This document shows positions 9,761-18,759 of a stretch of DNA of 64,000 nucleotides, one piece after another (positions within the stretch are counted from its first letter, which is position 1; every line of letters begins with the position of its first letter). Made by a program: the position numbers and the translations under genes. The notes under the pieces were generated by a model, which saw only the letters and a program-made list of their open reading frames with translations, ran no database searches and had not been told where the DNA came from. The DNA is from a virus. The DNA lies in IMG/VR virus record IMGVR_UViG_3300002026_002465, positions 1 through 64,000 of that record; one strand, written 5' to 3'.

Positions 9761-11818
9761 ATGAAACTTCATAACTCAAATAATTCAGTTACTACCAATA
9801 CAAATGCTACATCTTTTACAATCAAAACCACTGCTAAATCATTCAAAATTCTGTCAGATAACCTTTATTCTGACAAGATTACTGCCGTCATAAGAGAGTA
9901 TTCAACTAATGCCTATGACGCTCACGTTGCCTCTGGAAAGGCAGATAAACCCTTTATTGTTCACCTCCCATCCATGAATGAACCTTATTTCTCTGTTCAG
10001 GATTTTGGTCCTGGTATGAGCGATGAGTTCATTAATACCGTCTTCTCATCTTATTTTGATAGCAACAAGGCTGACTCCAATGAAATGGTTGGAGCCCTTG
10101 GTCTTGGTTCTAAGTCTGCTTTTTCATACACAGATACTTTCACTGTTGAATCAAATCAGGGTGGAAAGTATTCAACTTTTGTATGTTTTATTGCAGATAA
10201 TGGAAAACCTCAGGTTAGTAAAATTGGTGAGAATGATACAACTAATGAAGATGGAATTACTATAAAGTTTAATGTCAAGAAAGATGATATTGATGAGTTT
10301 TATAGAAAGTCAATGAATGTTTTCCGTTTCTTTAAAATCACCCCTGTTTTTACAGGAAGGAATATCTCTATAACTGTTGATAAAAACCTCATTAGCTTTG
10401 ATGATTGGAATCTCACTGATGATAAAGGTTATGAGTTTGGACATTGCCTTGCTATTCAGGGAAACATTGCCTATCCAATTGATACCAAGAGATTGAACAA
10501 TCTTAGTAACAAGCATGAGTTTGTTTTGAAGAATAGTTTTAGGCTTAGTTTCGAAATTGGTGATTTGGATGTGGCGGCAAGTAGAGAATATCTTTCTTAT
10601 GATAAGGCAACATCTGAGGCTATTAAAAATAAGCTTGAAAAAACATTCAATGAATTTTATGACATGGTTGTTTCCAAGGTTAGAGAGGAAGTCACACCAT
10701 GGGCTGCATCTAAAAAGTTTAATGAAATTGCATCAACTTATCATATCAACGATATGCAGGATTATATTCCTATTATTTACAAGAATGAGCCACTCAAGTT
10801 CAGGTTTGAAGTTGATTTGGCAGCCTATAAAGATATTGATGTTTTTCAGTATACTTGCAGTCCATATTCATACAATGGAATTAGTAAAAGAGACGCAAAA
10901 ATAAATTATGGAAAGAATGTTTTTCTTCCTTCTGATAATACTATTTTTGTTTTCTTGGATGAAGTGTCAAAAATTGCTGGCTTTAGAAAAGTAAAGCATA
11001 TGGTTACGAGTGGAAAAACACTTTATTTCTTTACAAAATTTGATCAGACTATCATTGACTCTTTAGGTTCTCCTAATTACATTCTTACTTCTTCTTTAGA
11101 GAAAGTTAAGACTGTTAGAACATCAACCTCACCTAAACAGTATAACTTGATTCCAAGTGTTTCATCTGGTAAAAGTCTTGTTTCTGGTAAATTATACAAG
11201 TATAGTGATTTGCCTGATGTTGTATACTATGTATCAATGAATAGGAATAAAATTGAGGAAAATGGTTCTAAAATTCATAAATCTGTTTATGCTAAAATAA
11301 TTGAGAATGCCGTCAACCTTGGAATTTTTGGAAAAGATACTATGGTATTTGGTCTTAATAATTATCTGATGAAAAAGTATAAAAACGATACCAAGTTTGT
11401 CAATTTTCTTACTTACATTCAGGAAGAGACTAATAAAGTAATTCTTGTAGAAGAGGAGAATATCAAGAAATATCACCAGATTGAGCTTTCTTTAAACAAG
11501 TGGAGGGAGTCAACTCTTAACAATACTTTATACAAGAATGCCTCTCTTATTACTTCTCATGGTAATATCAAGAGAATCTTTGACCAGGTTATTTCTTTGA
11601 AAAATGAATTGGAAGGGATTAAAATTAACCAAACTGTTTACAATATCATCAGAGAAAAGCACATGGACTTAAACATTGAGTTGATAAAAATTGATAACAT
11701 TGTAGACTTTTATCCAATGCTTGACTTCGTTGAATCCAAGATTAGGTCAGTGTATAATTACCAGATTGGTGGTGATTTAGCAAAATTGAATGCTTATATA
11801 GAGAGTGTTGAAAAATGA
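9761..11818 (+). CDS. rIIA: rIIA-like protein (GHKL ATPase N-terminal domain)
   Basis: LYSDKITAVIREYSTNAYDAH, DFGPGM, GALGLGSKSAFSYTDTFTV; phage context; followed by rIIB-like ORF. Confidence 0.88.
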   Translation: MKLHNSNNSVTTNTNATSFTIKTTAKSFKILSDNLYSDKITAVIREYSTNAYDAHVASGKADKPFIVHLPSMNEPYFSVQDFGPGMSDEFINTVFSSYFDSNKADSNEMVGALGLGSKSAFSYTDTFTVESNQGGKYSTFVCFIADNGKPQVSKIGENDTTNEDGITIKFNVKKDDIDEFYRKSMNVFRFFKITPVFTGRNISITVDKNLISFDDWNLTDDKGYEFGHCLAIQGNIAYPIDTKRLNNLSNKHEFVLKNSFRLSFEIGDLDVAASREYLSYDKATSEAIKNKLEKTFNEFYDMVVSKVREEVTPWAASKKFNEIASTYHINDMQDYIPIIYKNEPLKFRFEVDLAAYKDIDVFQYTCSPYSYNGISKRDAKINYGKNVFLPSDNTIFVFLDEVSKIAGFRKVKHMVTSGKTLYFFTKFDQTIIDSLGSPNYILTSSLEKVKTVRTSTSPKQYNLIPSVSSGKSLVSGKLYKYSDLPDVVYYVSMNRNKIEENGSKIHKSVYAKIIENAVNLGIFGKDTMVFGLNNYLMKKYKNDTKFVNFLTYIQEETNKVILVEEENIKKYHQIELSLNKWRESTLNNTLYKNASLITSHGNIKRIFDQVISLKNELEGIKINQTVYNIIREKHMDLNIELIKIDNIVDFYPMLDFVESKIRSVYNYQIGGDLAKLNAYIESVEK

Positions 11819-12024
11819 AGTATGTAATTACAGAGAATAACATAACGGTATTCTTGGATAATAAACCAGTTATTGTTGATAAGTCTAATGAAATGTTTGA
11901 AGAAATTAAAGAGGCTATTATAGCAGGAGAGAGTGATTATCAGATTAGATATTTGATAGATCCTTCTGCTGTTGATAATGCCAAGAATATTTTGTTAGAC
12001 CCATTAAAAAGCATATATAGATAA
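11815..12024 (+). CDS. rIIB: Truncated rIIB-like protein (N-terminal portion only)
   Basis: ATGA overlap with rIIA; YVITENNITVFLDNKP...FEEIKEAI resembles rIIB N-terminal core; conserved C-terminal half absent. Confidence 0.55.
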   Translation: MKYVITENNITVFLDNKPVIVDKSNEMFEEIKEAIIAGESDYQIRYLIDPSAVDNAKNILLDPLKSIYR

Positions 12025-12033
12025 GGAGGTATA

Positions 12034-12315
12034 ATGACAACTAAAGATATACAACAAACACTCTCTAAAAGAGAACAAGATTTTCATAAAAATATGGTAA
12101 ATATAAGATATGCAATTATGGCTGTTAATGATATTTTTTATTTTTATGATAAAGAGATAAAGCATGATTTTATATTTGGTGAAGACAATGTCTTGATGTT
12201 AAAACTTGATAATCAAGATGTGGATAGTTTTATAGAGGTAGCTGAAAAACAGAGACCTAATTTAATTATCAAGAAATTATATCCTGCTATTTTGAAATTA
12301 AATTATGCTATTTAG
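12034..12315 (+). CDS. Hypothetical protein
   Basis: AAGGAGG RBS, 93 aa. Confidence 0.65.
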   Translation: MTTKDIQQTLSKREQDFHKNMVNIRYAIMAVNDIFYFYDKEIKHDFIFGEDNVLMLKLDNQDVDSFIEVAEKQRPNLIIKKLYPAILKLNYAI

Positions 12316-12345
12316 CATATTTAATTATATAGAAAAAGGTTAATT

Positions 12346-12420
12346 CTATGAAGGCCAAGTAGAAAACCTTGCCGTAATAAGGAAACTCCCGGAAACGATG
12401 GAGAAATAATTGGAAAATAG
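12346..12420 (+). ncRNA. Candidate small structured RNA (three-way junction)
   Basis: CTAT/ATAG and CCAA/TTGG closing stems, hairpins CCTT..AAGG and CTCC-CG-GAAA-CG..GGAG; terminator downstream. Confidence 0.35.
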
Positions 12421-12445
12421 AGTGTAGGCCACACTCTTTTTTTTT
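12419..12445 (+). terminator. Intrinsic terminator between convergent genes
   Basis: AGAGTGT-AGGCC-ACACTCT then long T-tract. Confidence 0.75.
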
Positions 12446-12785
12446 AACTAAACATGAGTTGTAATACTGATGTTATTATTATTGTTATGATAACTCCCAT
12501 AATAGCTTTTACTGTCCAGTGTATATATCCTTGGATTTTTTCAATATTTTCAATATTATCATTAGACCTTCTATATAACTCTTTTATATCATTTTTATTG
12601 CCCAAGGCAAGAAGTTTTACTTCTTTAATTTTTCTTTCCAAACTAATTTGCAAGGCTCGTCTTTCTCTTGCTTCGTCTATTTTAACTTGAAGGATTTTAT
12701 TTTGAATGTCAATTACTGTTTTTGCAACTTCAGTTCTTGTTGCTAGAGAATTATCTTTAAACTCTACTACTTTTGATTCTTTCAT
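12444..12785 (-). CDS. XhlA/hemolysin-like (holin-associated) protein
   Basis: Coiled coil followed by W-containing C-terminal TM (YIHWTVKAIMGVIITIII). Confidence 0.55.
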   Translation of the reverse strand: MKESKVVEFKDNSLATRTEVAKTVIDIQNKILQVKIDEARERRALQISLERKIKEVKLLALGNKNDIKELYRRSNDNIENIEKIQGYIHWTVKAIMGVIITIIITSVLQLMFS

Positions 12786-13026
12786 AATCCCTCCAATTTT
12801 ACACTATTATCTTTATTTAATAAAGATAAAGTGAGGATAAATAAATGATTTTTAATAAAGTAATTAATGAAATTACCATAGATGCAGGTCAAGTAGGTTC
12901 ACATTTTGTTCAAAAAGTAGAACCTGAACCAATTATTCCTAAAGTTAAAAAAAAGAAAAAGAACAAAGTTTTTGGCTCATGGTTTACTAAACATGATAAT
13001 TTAGCTCATTTAAATAAAGGGAAATA

Positions 13027-13284
13027 ATGGAACGGTTGCCAGTTGGGTTTATTTCTTTATGTTTAAATTGTAAAAGTAGTCAAGTTAAACTTGAAATAAG
13101 ATCTGATGGTATTGATTTCCAGTGTCAAACATGTGGAAACAAAATGTTCCTAAGACATGGAGAGGCATTTCAATTTCAAACACCTGAAGGTGTTATACAA
13201 AAAAAAGTTGCTGACTTTGAACAAGAGTTAGATAAACCACTTCAGAAAGAAAAAATTACAAAGAAATGGATTGAGGGGGAATAA
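13027..13284 (+). CDS. Zinc-ribbon protein
   Basis: CLNC...CQTCG. Confidence 0.6.
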   Translation: MERLPVGFISLCLNCKSSQVKLEIRSDGIDFQCQTCGNKMFLRHGEAFQFQTPEGVIQKKVADFEQELDKPLQKEKITKKWIEGE

Positions 13285-13905
13285 ATGTGGTGGAATGTTT
13301 TAATAATACCCAGTGGTTATAGATATAAAGTTGCGCTTGGTAAAGGTGATTTTGATATACTAGCAAATGAATATAAAGAGATAAGTGAAAGAATACAAAT
13401 AAGATATATTTTTATGTATGAAAAGAGTATTGCAAATTTAGGATTTGCTGAAAGAGAACAGTTTAATAAAGAAGTGTCAGATGAACAAATTTTATTTGCA
13501 AAAAAACACAATTCAACAATTGTTTCTAATAAAACATTAGAAATGATAAAATCAACAGAGAATGAACACGTAGATATTTTAGTTGATTTAGATGTTGATA
13601 ATATAAACGATTTTAATCATACATATGATTCAGGAGCTACAGGAGCTATTGACATACTACAAAATAATAACGGTATAATGCTTGTTCGTTCATCATGGAA
13701 TGAGATTAGATCAAAAATAGAATCAGATTATAGATTTAATAAATTAAGTGATGAAGGTAAAAAAATTGCTTTAGATAGAGCGAAGATAGAATCAAGAGAT
13801 AAAGATTCTGAAGTTATTTTTAGTTGGATAAAGAGATTAAAAGCATCAATAAATAAAACTAAAAAAACAAATACTTATGCAAGTGTTTTTGATGGTTTAA
13901 AATAG
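13285..13905 (+). CDS. Hypothetical protein
   Basis: 206-aa ORF in operon. Confidence 0.65.
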   Translation: MWWNVLIIPSGYRYKVALGKGDFDILANEYKEISERIQIRYIFMYEKSIANLGFAEREQFNKEVSDEQILFAKKHNSTIVSNKTLEMIKSTENEHVDILVDLDVDNINDFNHTYDSGATGAIDILQNNNGIMLVRSSWNEIRSKIESDYRFNKLSDEGKKIALDRAKIESRDKDSEVIFSWIKRLKASINKTKKTNTYASVFDGLK

Positions 13906-13913
13906 GAGGGAGT

Positions 13914-14432
13914 ATGATATTTGATAAATTAACATGGGCTGTTGCTATTATATTAGGAATTGCCATAGGTTTTGGTTTTGGATTTTTATCCAAAACATTA
14001 GCTGATAAATTACAAATAGCTCAACTATCTGCTGAAAGAGATAATGCCTTATTAGCAAAACAAACAATGCAAAAACAATGGGAGGTTGCAGTAAATGAAT
14101 TGAATGCAACAAAAGTTGTTTTAAACGATACATTATCAGCTCTAGAATTATTAAGAAAATATCAACTTGTGGATGATAAAACAAAAAAAGATATTGATTC
14201 ATTAAAAACAACTTTAAATCCTGAAGGTGAATTAACAGACAAGACAAAAGATTTATTTAAATCAATGGTAAATAGATTTAATCAATTAAATGGAAACACT
14301 AGCGCTATGATTACAGATGCAACACAAACATTTGATTTAGCTCCATTTATAACACTAAGACAAGAAGCAGAAAAATTATATAATGAAACACAAACAATGG
14401 TTCTAGAATTAGGATTGGGAGTTAAAAAATGA
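13914..14432 (+). CDS. Putative i-spanin (Rz-like)
   Basis: N-terminal TM plus long coiled coil; overlaps downstream lipoprotein gene. Confidence 0.5.
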   Translation: MIFDKLTWAVAIILGIAIGFGFGFLSKTLADKLQIAQLSAERDNALLAKQTMQKQWEVAVNELNATKVVLNDTLSALELLRKYQLVDDKTKKDIDSLKTTLNPEGELTDKTKDLFKSMVNRFNQLNGNTSAMITDATQTFDLAPFITLRQEAEKLYNETQTMVLELGLGVKK

Positions 14433-14833
14433 AAAAATTATTATTCTTGCTCCTTCCATTTATACTTACAAGCTGTGTTTCACTAGTTCCTAAATCTAAA
14501 TTGAATGAATGGTCTTTACAGAATGGTTATATATTAGCTAAAGATATTCCTGTTGTAGTTATTCCTAAAAGAGAAGCACAACCACACCCCATAGTTCCAA
14601 AAATTATGGTTGTAGATGCACAAGGAAATGAAGTGATTTTGACTGAAGGTTATTTAATGGAAATCATTGTAACACTATTTGGAACAGTTGAAAAATATCA
14701 ATATCTTGTAGAAATATATGAAAGAGAGTATTTAAATGCAGGTGGAAAAGTTATGCCTGATTTAACACTAGAAGAATTAAAAAATCTTTATAAATCTAGA
14801 TTATCAGATATTGAAACTGGAGTTGTAAAATGA
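14429..14833 (+). CDS. Lipoprotein, putative o-spanin (Rz1-like)
   Basis: MKKLLFLLLPFILTSC lipobox, Pro-rich mature N-terminus, ATGA overlap. Confidence 0.5.
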   Translation: MKKLLFLLLPFILTSCVSLVPKSKLNEWSLQNGYILAKDIPVVVIPKREAQPHPIVPKIMVVDAQGNEVILTEGYLMEIIVTLFGTVEKYQYLVEIYEREYLNAGGKVMPDLTLEELKNLYKSRLSDIETGVVK

Positions 14834-15669
14834 AAAAGGTATTATCTATAATTGTTTTATTAGCTTTATTAATTTCATGTTCTAAAAAACCTTTAACATT
14901 TGAAACTAGTCAAGCAATAATTGAAAACAATAATATAAAAATTATGAGTTTTAATATCCAAGTATTTGGAAAATCTAAATCAGGAAATAAAGAAGTTATG
15001 CAAGTTATAACTTCTATATTAAATGGATATGATTTAGTTGCTATTCAAGAAATAAGAGATGTTTCTAATGACACATTAGACAATCTTGTTAAAACCTTGC
15101 CACCTAATTATAAATTAGTAATAGGGCCAAGAGAAGGAAGATCTATATCAAAAGAACAAGCTATTTTTATTTATGATGATAATGTTTTAGATTTCGTTCA
15201 AAAAGAAGAATATAATGACTTAGAAGATGTTTTTGAACGTTCACCTTTTATTAGTGATTTTAAAACAGATAATGGTTTATTATCATTTAGGGTGGTTAAT
15301 GTTCATCTAAGCCCTGATAGTGTTGAAAAAGAAATAACAACTTTATCAAAAATAGTTATTGATTTATTACAAATTTATAGAAGTGGAATAATTGTTGTTG
15401 GTGATTTTAATGCAGATGGAAGTTATTTTAATGAAGAAAATTTGGTTAAAAAATTCCCTGATGAGTTGTTTAAATCTGTTATAACAAATGATATGGATAC
15501 AACCATAGCCATATCAAATAATACTTATGATAGAATTATTATATCTAATACTTTGAGTGTAAAAATAAAAAAATCAGATGTTTTTAATTATGAAAGTCTT
15601 TTACTACCAAACATGTCATTAAAACAAGTTAGTGATCATTATCCTGTTTATGTAGAGTTGGAGTATTAA
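14830..15669 (+). CDS. Endonuclease/exonuclease/phosphatase (DNase I-like) lipoprotein
   Basis: LLISC lipobox; SFNIQ, AIQEIRD, VHL, GDFNAD, YDRI, SDHYPV motifs. Confidence 0.9.
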   Translation: MKKVLSIIVLLALLISCSKKPLTFETSQAIIENNNIKIMSFNIQVFGKSKSGNKEVMQVITSILNGYDLVAIQEIRDVSNDTLDNLVKTLPPNYKLVIGPREGRSISKEQAIFIYDDNVLDFVQKEEYNDLEDVFERSPFISDFKTDNGLLSFRVVNVHLSPDSVEKEITTLSKIVIDLLQIYRSGIIVVGDFNADGSYFNEENLVKKFPDELFKSVITNDMDTTIAISNNTYDRIIISNTLSVKIKKSDVFNYESLLLPNMSLKQVSDHYPVYVELEY

Positions 15670-16059
15670 ATGTTTGAATGGAGAGATGTATATAATATAC
15701 CCAAAATAGATGAACAACATAAAGTTTTGTTTAATATATTAAAATATTTATATGACTCTCCATTACATGAAAAAAATAAAACACCAAAGAATCATATGAA
15801 AGCATTATATGATTATATAACTTTTCATTTTACAGAAGAAGAAAAGTATTGGCAAGAAATATCACTCCCTGAAGATATGGTTAAACACCACCAAGCTCAA
15901 CATAAAATTTTTACATCTACTATTGAATCATTATTAAAAGATAAAGCTTTTCTCCTCCCAATGAATATATTAGATTTTTTAAAAGATTGGATCATTGATC
16001 ATATGTTAGGAGAGGATAAAGAATATGCAAGGTGGAGTGAGCATAATGGAACTAAATGA
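15670..16059 (+). CDS. Bacteriohemerythrin
   Basis: IDEQHKVL, HFTEEE, HHQAQH, WIIDHMLGED iron-ligand pattern. Confidence 0.9.
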   Translation: MFEWRDVYNIPKIDEQHKVLFNILKYLYDSPLHEKNKTPKNHMKALYDYITFHFTEEEKYWQEISLPEDMVKHHQAQHKIFTSTIESLLKDKAFLLPMNILDFLKDWIIDHMLGEDKEYARWSEHNGTK

Positions 16060-16111
16060 TAAATTTAAAGTTTTTATTTGAAAGTGTTATTTAAAAGCAT
16101 ATATATAATAT

Positions 16112-16411
16112 ATGAAATACTTTTATGGCAATTATAGCAATACCAAAGATTCCTTAACTAAAGGTAAAATTCTCATATATAATGACCATGTCATGGTTTC
16201 ATATACCTCTAAAATGAATCAAAATTATTTGATTAATTCCTTTATTTCAAAATATAAATTAAAGAATATTTCTAAAAGTGATATTCTTTTTTTAAATTAT
16301 ACTCATGAAGGAGAGAGAATAGTTATTTCACCTGCAAGACCAGTTGATGACACTCTTTTTGAAAGAGATTATGATAAAAATGTGAGGTTGATTAAATTAA
16401 ATCTTGAATAA
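16112..16411 (+). CDS. Hypothetical protein
   Basis: ORF after AAGCATAT motif. Confidence 0.6.
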   Translation: MKYFYGNYSNTKDSLTKGKILIYNDHVMVSYTSKMNQNYLINSFISKYKLKNISKSDILFLNYTHEGERIVISPARPVDDTLFERDYDKNVRLIKLNLE

Positions 16412-16655
16412 TAATGATTTTAATATAGCAATTACAAAAAACCTTCTTGAAAATAAGATTTGTAACTCTCATACTTGGTGTAATTACAAAAATAAAAAAA
16501 GATATAATACTTGTAGACAGTGGTCAGAAATGAATTTAGCATTAAATTTTAAATGGTCTTCAGTGAGTGAAAAGTTATTATCTTCTAATTTTTCAAAATC
16601 TACAGAAGATAAGTTAATAAAATATTGTTTAAAAGATATAACAGATGAATATTAA
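16404..16655 (+). CDS. NLLENK-C family Cys-rich protein
   Basis: ITKNLLENKIC...RYNTCRQW. Confidence 0.65.
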   Translation: MNNNDFNIAITKNLLENKICNSHTWCNYKNKKRYNTCRQWSEMNLALNFKWSSVSEKLLSSNFSKSTEDKLIKYCLKDITDEY

Positions 16656-16884
16656 AATAACTAAAAATCTTCTTGAAAACAAAACATGTAAAAATTGTGA
16701 ATTAAATTGTTATTGTAATATAAAAGAAATAAAGTATAATACATGTTTAAAATGGAAGGAACAGACATGTGATTCTGAGGTATCATGGAAGAGTTTACAT
16801 TTGAATTATATTGAAAAAGAAATTGAAAAATATTTAGAAAAAGAAGTTAATGTAATAGCAAATGATGAAATACAATGGGATTAA
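16645..16884 (+). CDS. NLLENK-C family Cys-rich protein
   Basis: ITKNLLENKTCKNC...KYNTCLKW. Confidence 0.65.
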   Translation: MNIKITKNLLENKTCKNCELNCYCNIKEIKYNTCLKWKEQTCDSEVSWKSLHLNYIEKEIEKYLEKEVNVIANDEIQWD

Positions 16885-17064
16885 ATGACAGAAATAGAAG
16901 TTACTAAAAAATTATTATTAAATCAGTCATGTGTTAATTGTAATGCAGGAAAAGATAAGTATAAAAATAATTGTCTAAGATATTTAGGTGAAGGTATTGG
17001 AAAACAATGGTGGCCAATAGCAAAAGAAGGAACGTGTGAAGACTGGCAAGAAATTAGAAAATAA
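16885..17064 (+). CDS. NLLENK-C family Cys-rich protein (59 aa, not in ORF track)
   Basis: MTEIEVTKKLLLNQSCVNC...EGTCEDW. Confidence 0.6.
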   Translation: MTEIEVTKKLLLNQSCVNCNAGKDKYKNNCLRYLGEGIGKQWWPIAKEGTCEDWQEIRK

Positions 17065-17296
17065 TGCAAAAAATTTATTATTAGATAAAACTTGTAAAAA
17101 CTGCAGACAATGTCTTCCTATTGTTAAGCATAAATATTTACAATATTATAAAGATTTTGAAAAAGTAACAGGAATAAAAGAGAAGGATATTCTTCCACAC
17201 TCTATTATAGATGAAAGTATTTTTGTTTGTAGTTTAACAGATAAGATTATACCAAAAGAATTAACATGTAACAAATGGACAGGAGAGAAATTTTGA
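17036..17296 (+). CDS. NLLENK-C family Cys-rich protein
   Basis: AKNLLLDKTCKNC...ELTCNKW. Confidence 0.65.
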   Translation: MKTGKKLENNAKNLLLDKTCKNCRQCLPIVKHKYLQYYKDFEKVTGIKEKDILPHSIIDESIFVCSLTDKIIPKELTCNKWTGEKF

Positions 17297-18033
17297 AAGT
17301 ATTAAATGATGGGTTTATTAATTTAATTGATTACATGGGAAGTGATCAACGTATTCTCCAAGCAGCAAGAGTATCAACAGGTGCTGAATCAAAGGGAGAA
17401 GAGAAAGATAGAGGGTTGATTCAGTATTTAATGAAGAATAAACATGAGACGCCATTTGAAAAAGTTGTTTTTGAGTTTCATGTGAGGTGTCCAATCTTTG
17501 TTGCACGACAATGGGAAAGACATAGAATTGGTAGTTTTAACGAAGAAAGTGCACGATATAAAGAATTTGAGTGGAGCACTTTTTCTCCTATATCCTGGAG
17601 GCATCAAGGTAATAAAAACCATCAATCCTCTTCTGATGCAAAGTTTACAGAAAAAGAAGAAAATATTTTATTTACAAGTCTTAATAAGGCTTATGAAGAA
17701 AGTAAAAGTGTTTATGAAAAACTCTTGCAAGAAGATGTTGTAAGAGAACAAGCAAGAACAGTTATGCCAGTTGGTCAATATACAGAATTTTATTGGACTG
17801 TTAATTATCGGTCTCTTATGAACTTTCTTACACTAAGAAATCATGGGCATGCTCAACCTGAAATTAGAGATTATGCTGATGCAATTGAAACAATGATTGG
17901 TGGTTTAGATTCTTTGAAATATTCTTGGGATATTTTTCTCAAGATAAGACAAATAAATCATCTTGTATTAGATGGTGTTAATAAATACAAAGATTTAGAA
18001 AAATTTATGAATTATTTAAAAAATTTCGAATAA
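17275..18033 (+). CDS. thyX: Flavin-dependent thymidylate synthase
   Basis: HETPFE, RQWERHRIGSFNEESARY signature, REQAR..P, HAQPEIR; likely TTG start 17293. Confidence 0.95.
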   Translation: MDRREILKVLNDGFINLIDYMGSDQRILQAARVSTGAESKGEEKDRGLIQYLMKNKHETPFEKVVFEFHVRCPIFVARQWERHRIGSFNEESARYKEFEWSTFSPISWRHQGNKNHQSSSDAKFTEKEENILFTSLNKAYEESKSVYEKLLQEDVVREQARTVMPVGQYTEFYWTVNYRSLMNFLTLRNHGHAQPEIRDYADAIETMIGGLDSLKYSWDIFLKIRQINHLVLDGVNKYKDLEKFMNYLKNFE

Positions 18034-18088
18034 AAAGCATATTTATTAACATAAAGGACGTAAGATATATATTATGAAAACAATAGTT

Positions 18089-18178
18089 TGTTTACAACAA
18101 GTCAATCTTCCCACATCACTCCTCCATTCATGTAATGAAGCCGGGAGAGCAGAAACATGGGGTTCTGAGTTGTAAACA
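18089..18178 (+). ncRNA. Candidate long-hairpin small RNA / leader
   Basis: TGTTTACAAC/GTTGTAAACA closing stem, nested CTCC/GGAG and TTCAT/ATGAA stems; promoter motif upstream and terminator downstream. Confidence 0.4.
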
Positions 18179-18203
18179 GCCTAATAGCGAATTGGTCTTT
18201 AAC

Positions 18204-18237
18204 AAGGCATTCGGCTTCGGCTGGATGCCTTTTTTTA
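18204..18237 (+). terminator. Intrinsic terminator
   Basis: AAGGCATTCGGC-TTCG-GCTGGATGCCTT then T-tract. Confidence 0.75.
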
Positions 18238-18261
18238 TGCTTAAAATAATGTTTGTTTTTG

Positions 18262-18289
18262 TTTAGAGAGATTAATTGTATGGTATAAT
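18262..18289 (+). promoter_or_regulatory. Class 1 promoter heading the tRNA array
   Basis: TTTAGA-N16-TATAAT. Confidence 0.75.
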
Positions 18290-18370
18290 TAATCAAGATT
18301 CTTTGAAAGAGAAAACTTTTATTAATGGACCTCGCAAGAGTAGTTAATAGAGTAGCAGGGAAGGAATGAT

Positions 18371-18442
18371 GCCATCATGGTATAATGGTTATTACAACTG
18401 CTTGGTATGTAGTTAATTCAGGTTCGATTCCTGATGATGGCT
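18371..18442 (+). tRNA. trnT: tRNA-Thr(GGT)
   Basis: GCCATCA/TGATGGC acceptor; loop TTGGTAT. Confidence 0.9.
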
Positions 18443-18448
18443 TGAAAT

Positions 18449-18521
18449 GCTCTTATCTTCTAATGGATTAAGAATCGTGTCTTCTAAACACAGAATCTAG
18501 GTTCGATTCCTAGTAGGAGCT
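18449..18521 (+). tRNA. trnR: tRNA-Arg(TCT)
   Basis: GCTCTTA/TAGGAGC; loop CTTCTAA. Confidence 0.88.
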
Positions 18522-18525
18522 TTTT

Positions 18526-18598
18526 GCCTGTATGGTGTAATGAATTAGCACCGAAATCTTCGAAATTTCTGGCATAGGTTTGATTCCTATTACAGGCA
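18526..18598 (+). tRNA. trnR: tRNA-Arg(TCG)
   Basis: GCCTGTA/TACAGGC; GAAAT-CTTCGAA-ATTTC. Confidence 0.88.
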
Positions 18599-18605
18599 TA
18601 AACAT

Positions 18606-18677
18606 GGTCCCTTCGAATAACGGTTAGTTCAAAATTCTTTCAAGATTTAGACACGGGTTCGACTCCCGTAGGGACTA
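18606..18677 (+). tRNA. trnE: tRNA-Glu(TTC)
   Basis: GGTCCCT/AGGGACT; loop CTTTCAA. Confidence 0.9.
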
Positions 18678-18681
18678 TCAT

Positions 18682-18754
18682 GCAAAATTAACTCAGTTGG
18701 TAGAGTCCGAGTTTTCCAAACTCGTGGTCAGGGGTTCGAACCCCCTATTTTGCT
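18682..18754 (+). tRNA. trnG: tRNA-Gly(TCC)
   Basis: CGAGT-TTTCCAA-ACTCG. Confidence 0.9.
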
Positions 18755-18759
18755 TTCAT

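Noticed and set aside
12340-12420. c-di-GMP riboswitch (sought because of the GGDEF gene)
   Set aside because: Lacks the GGCAAA/GGACGCAAA elements of class I and the kink-turn/pseudoknot pattern of class II.
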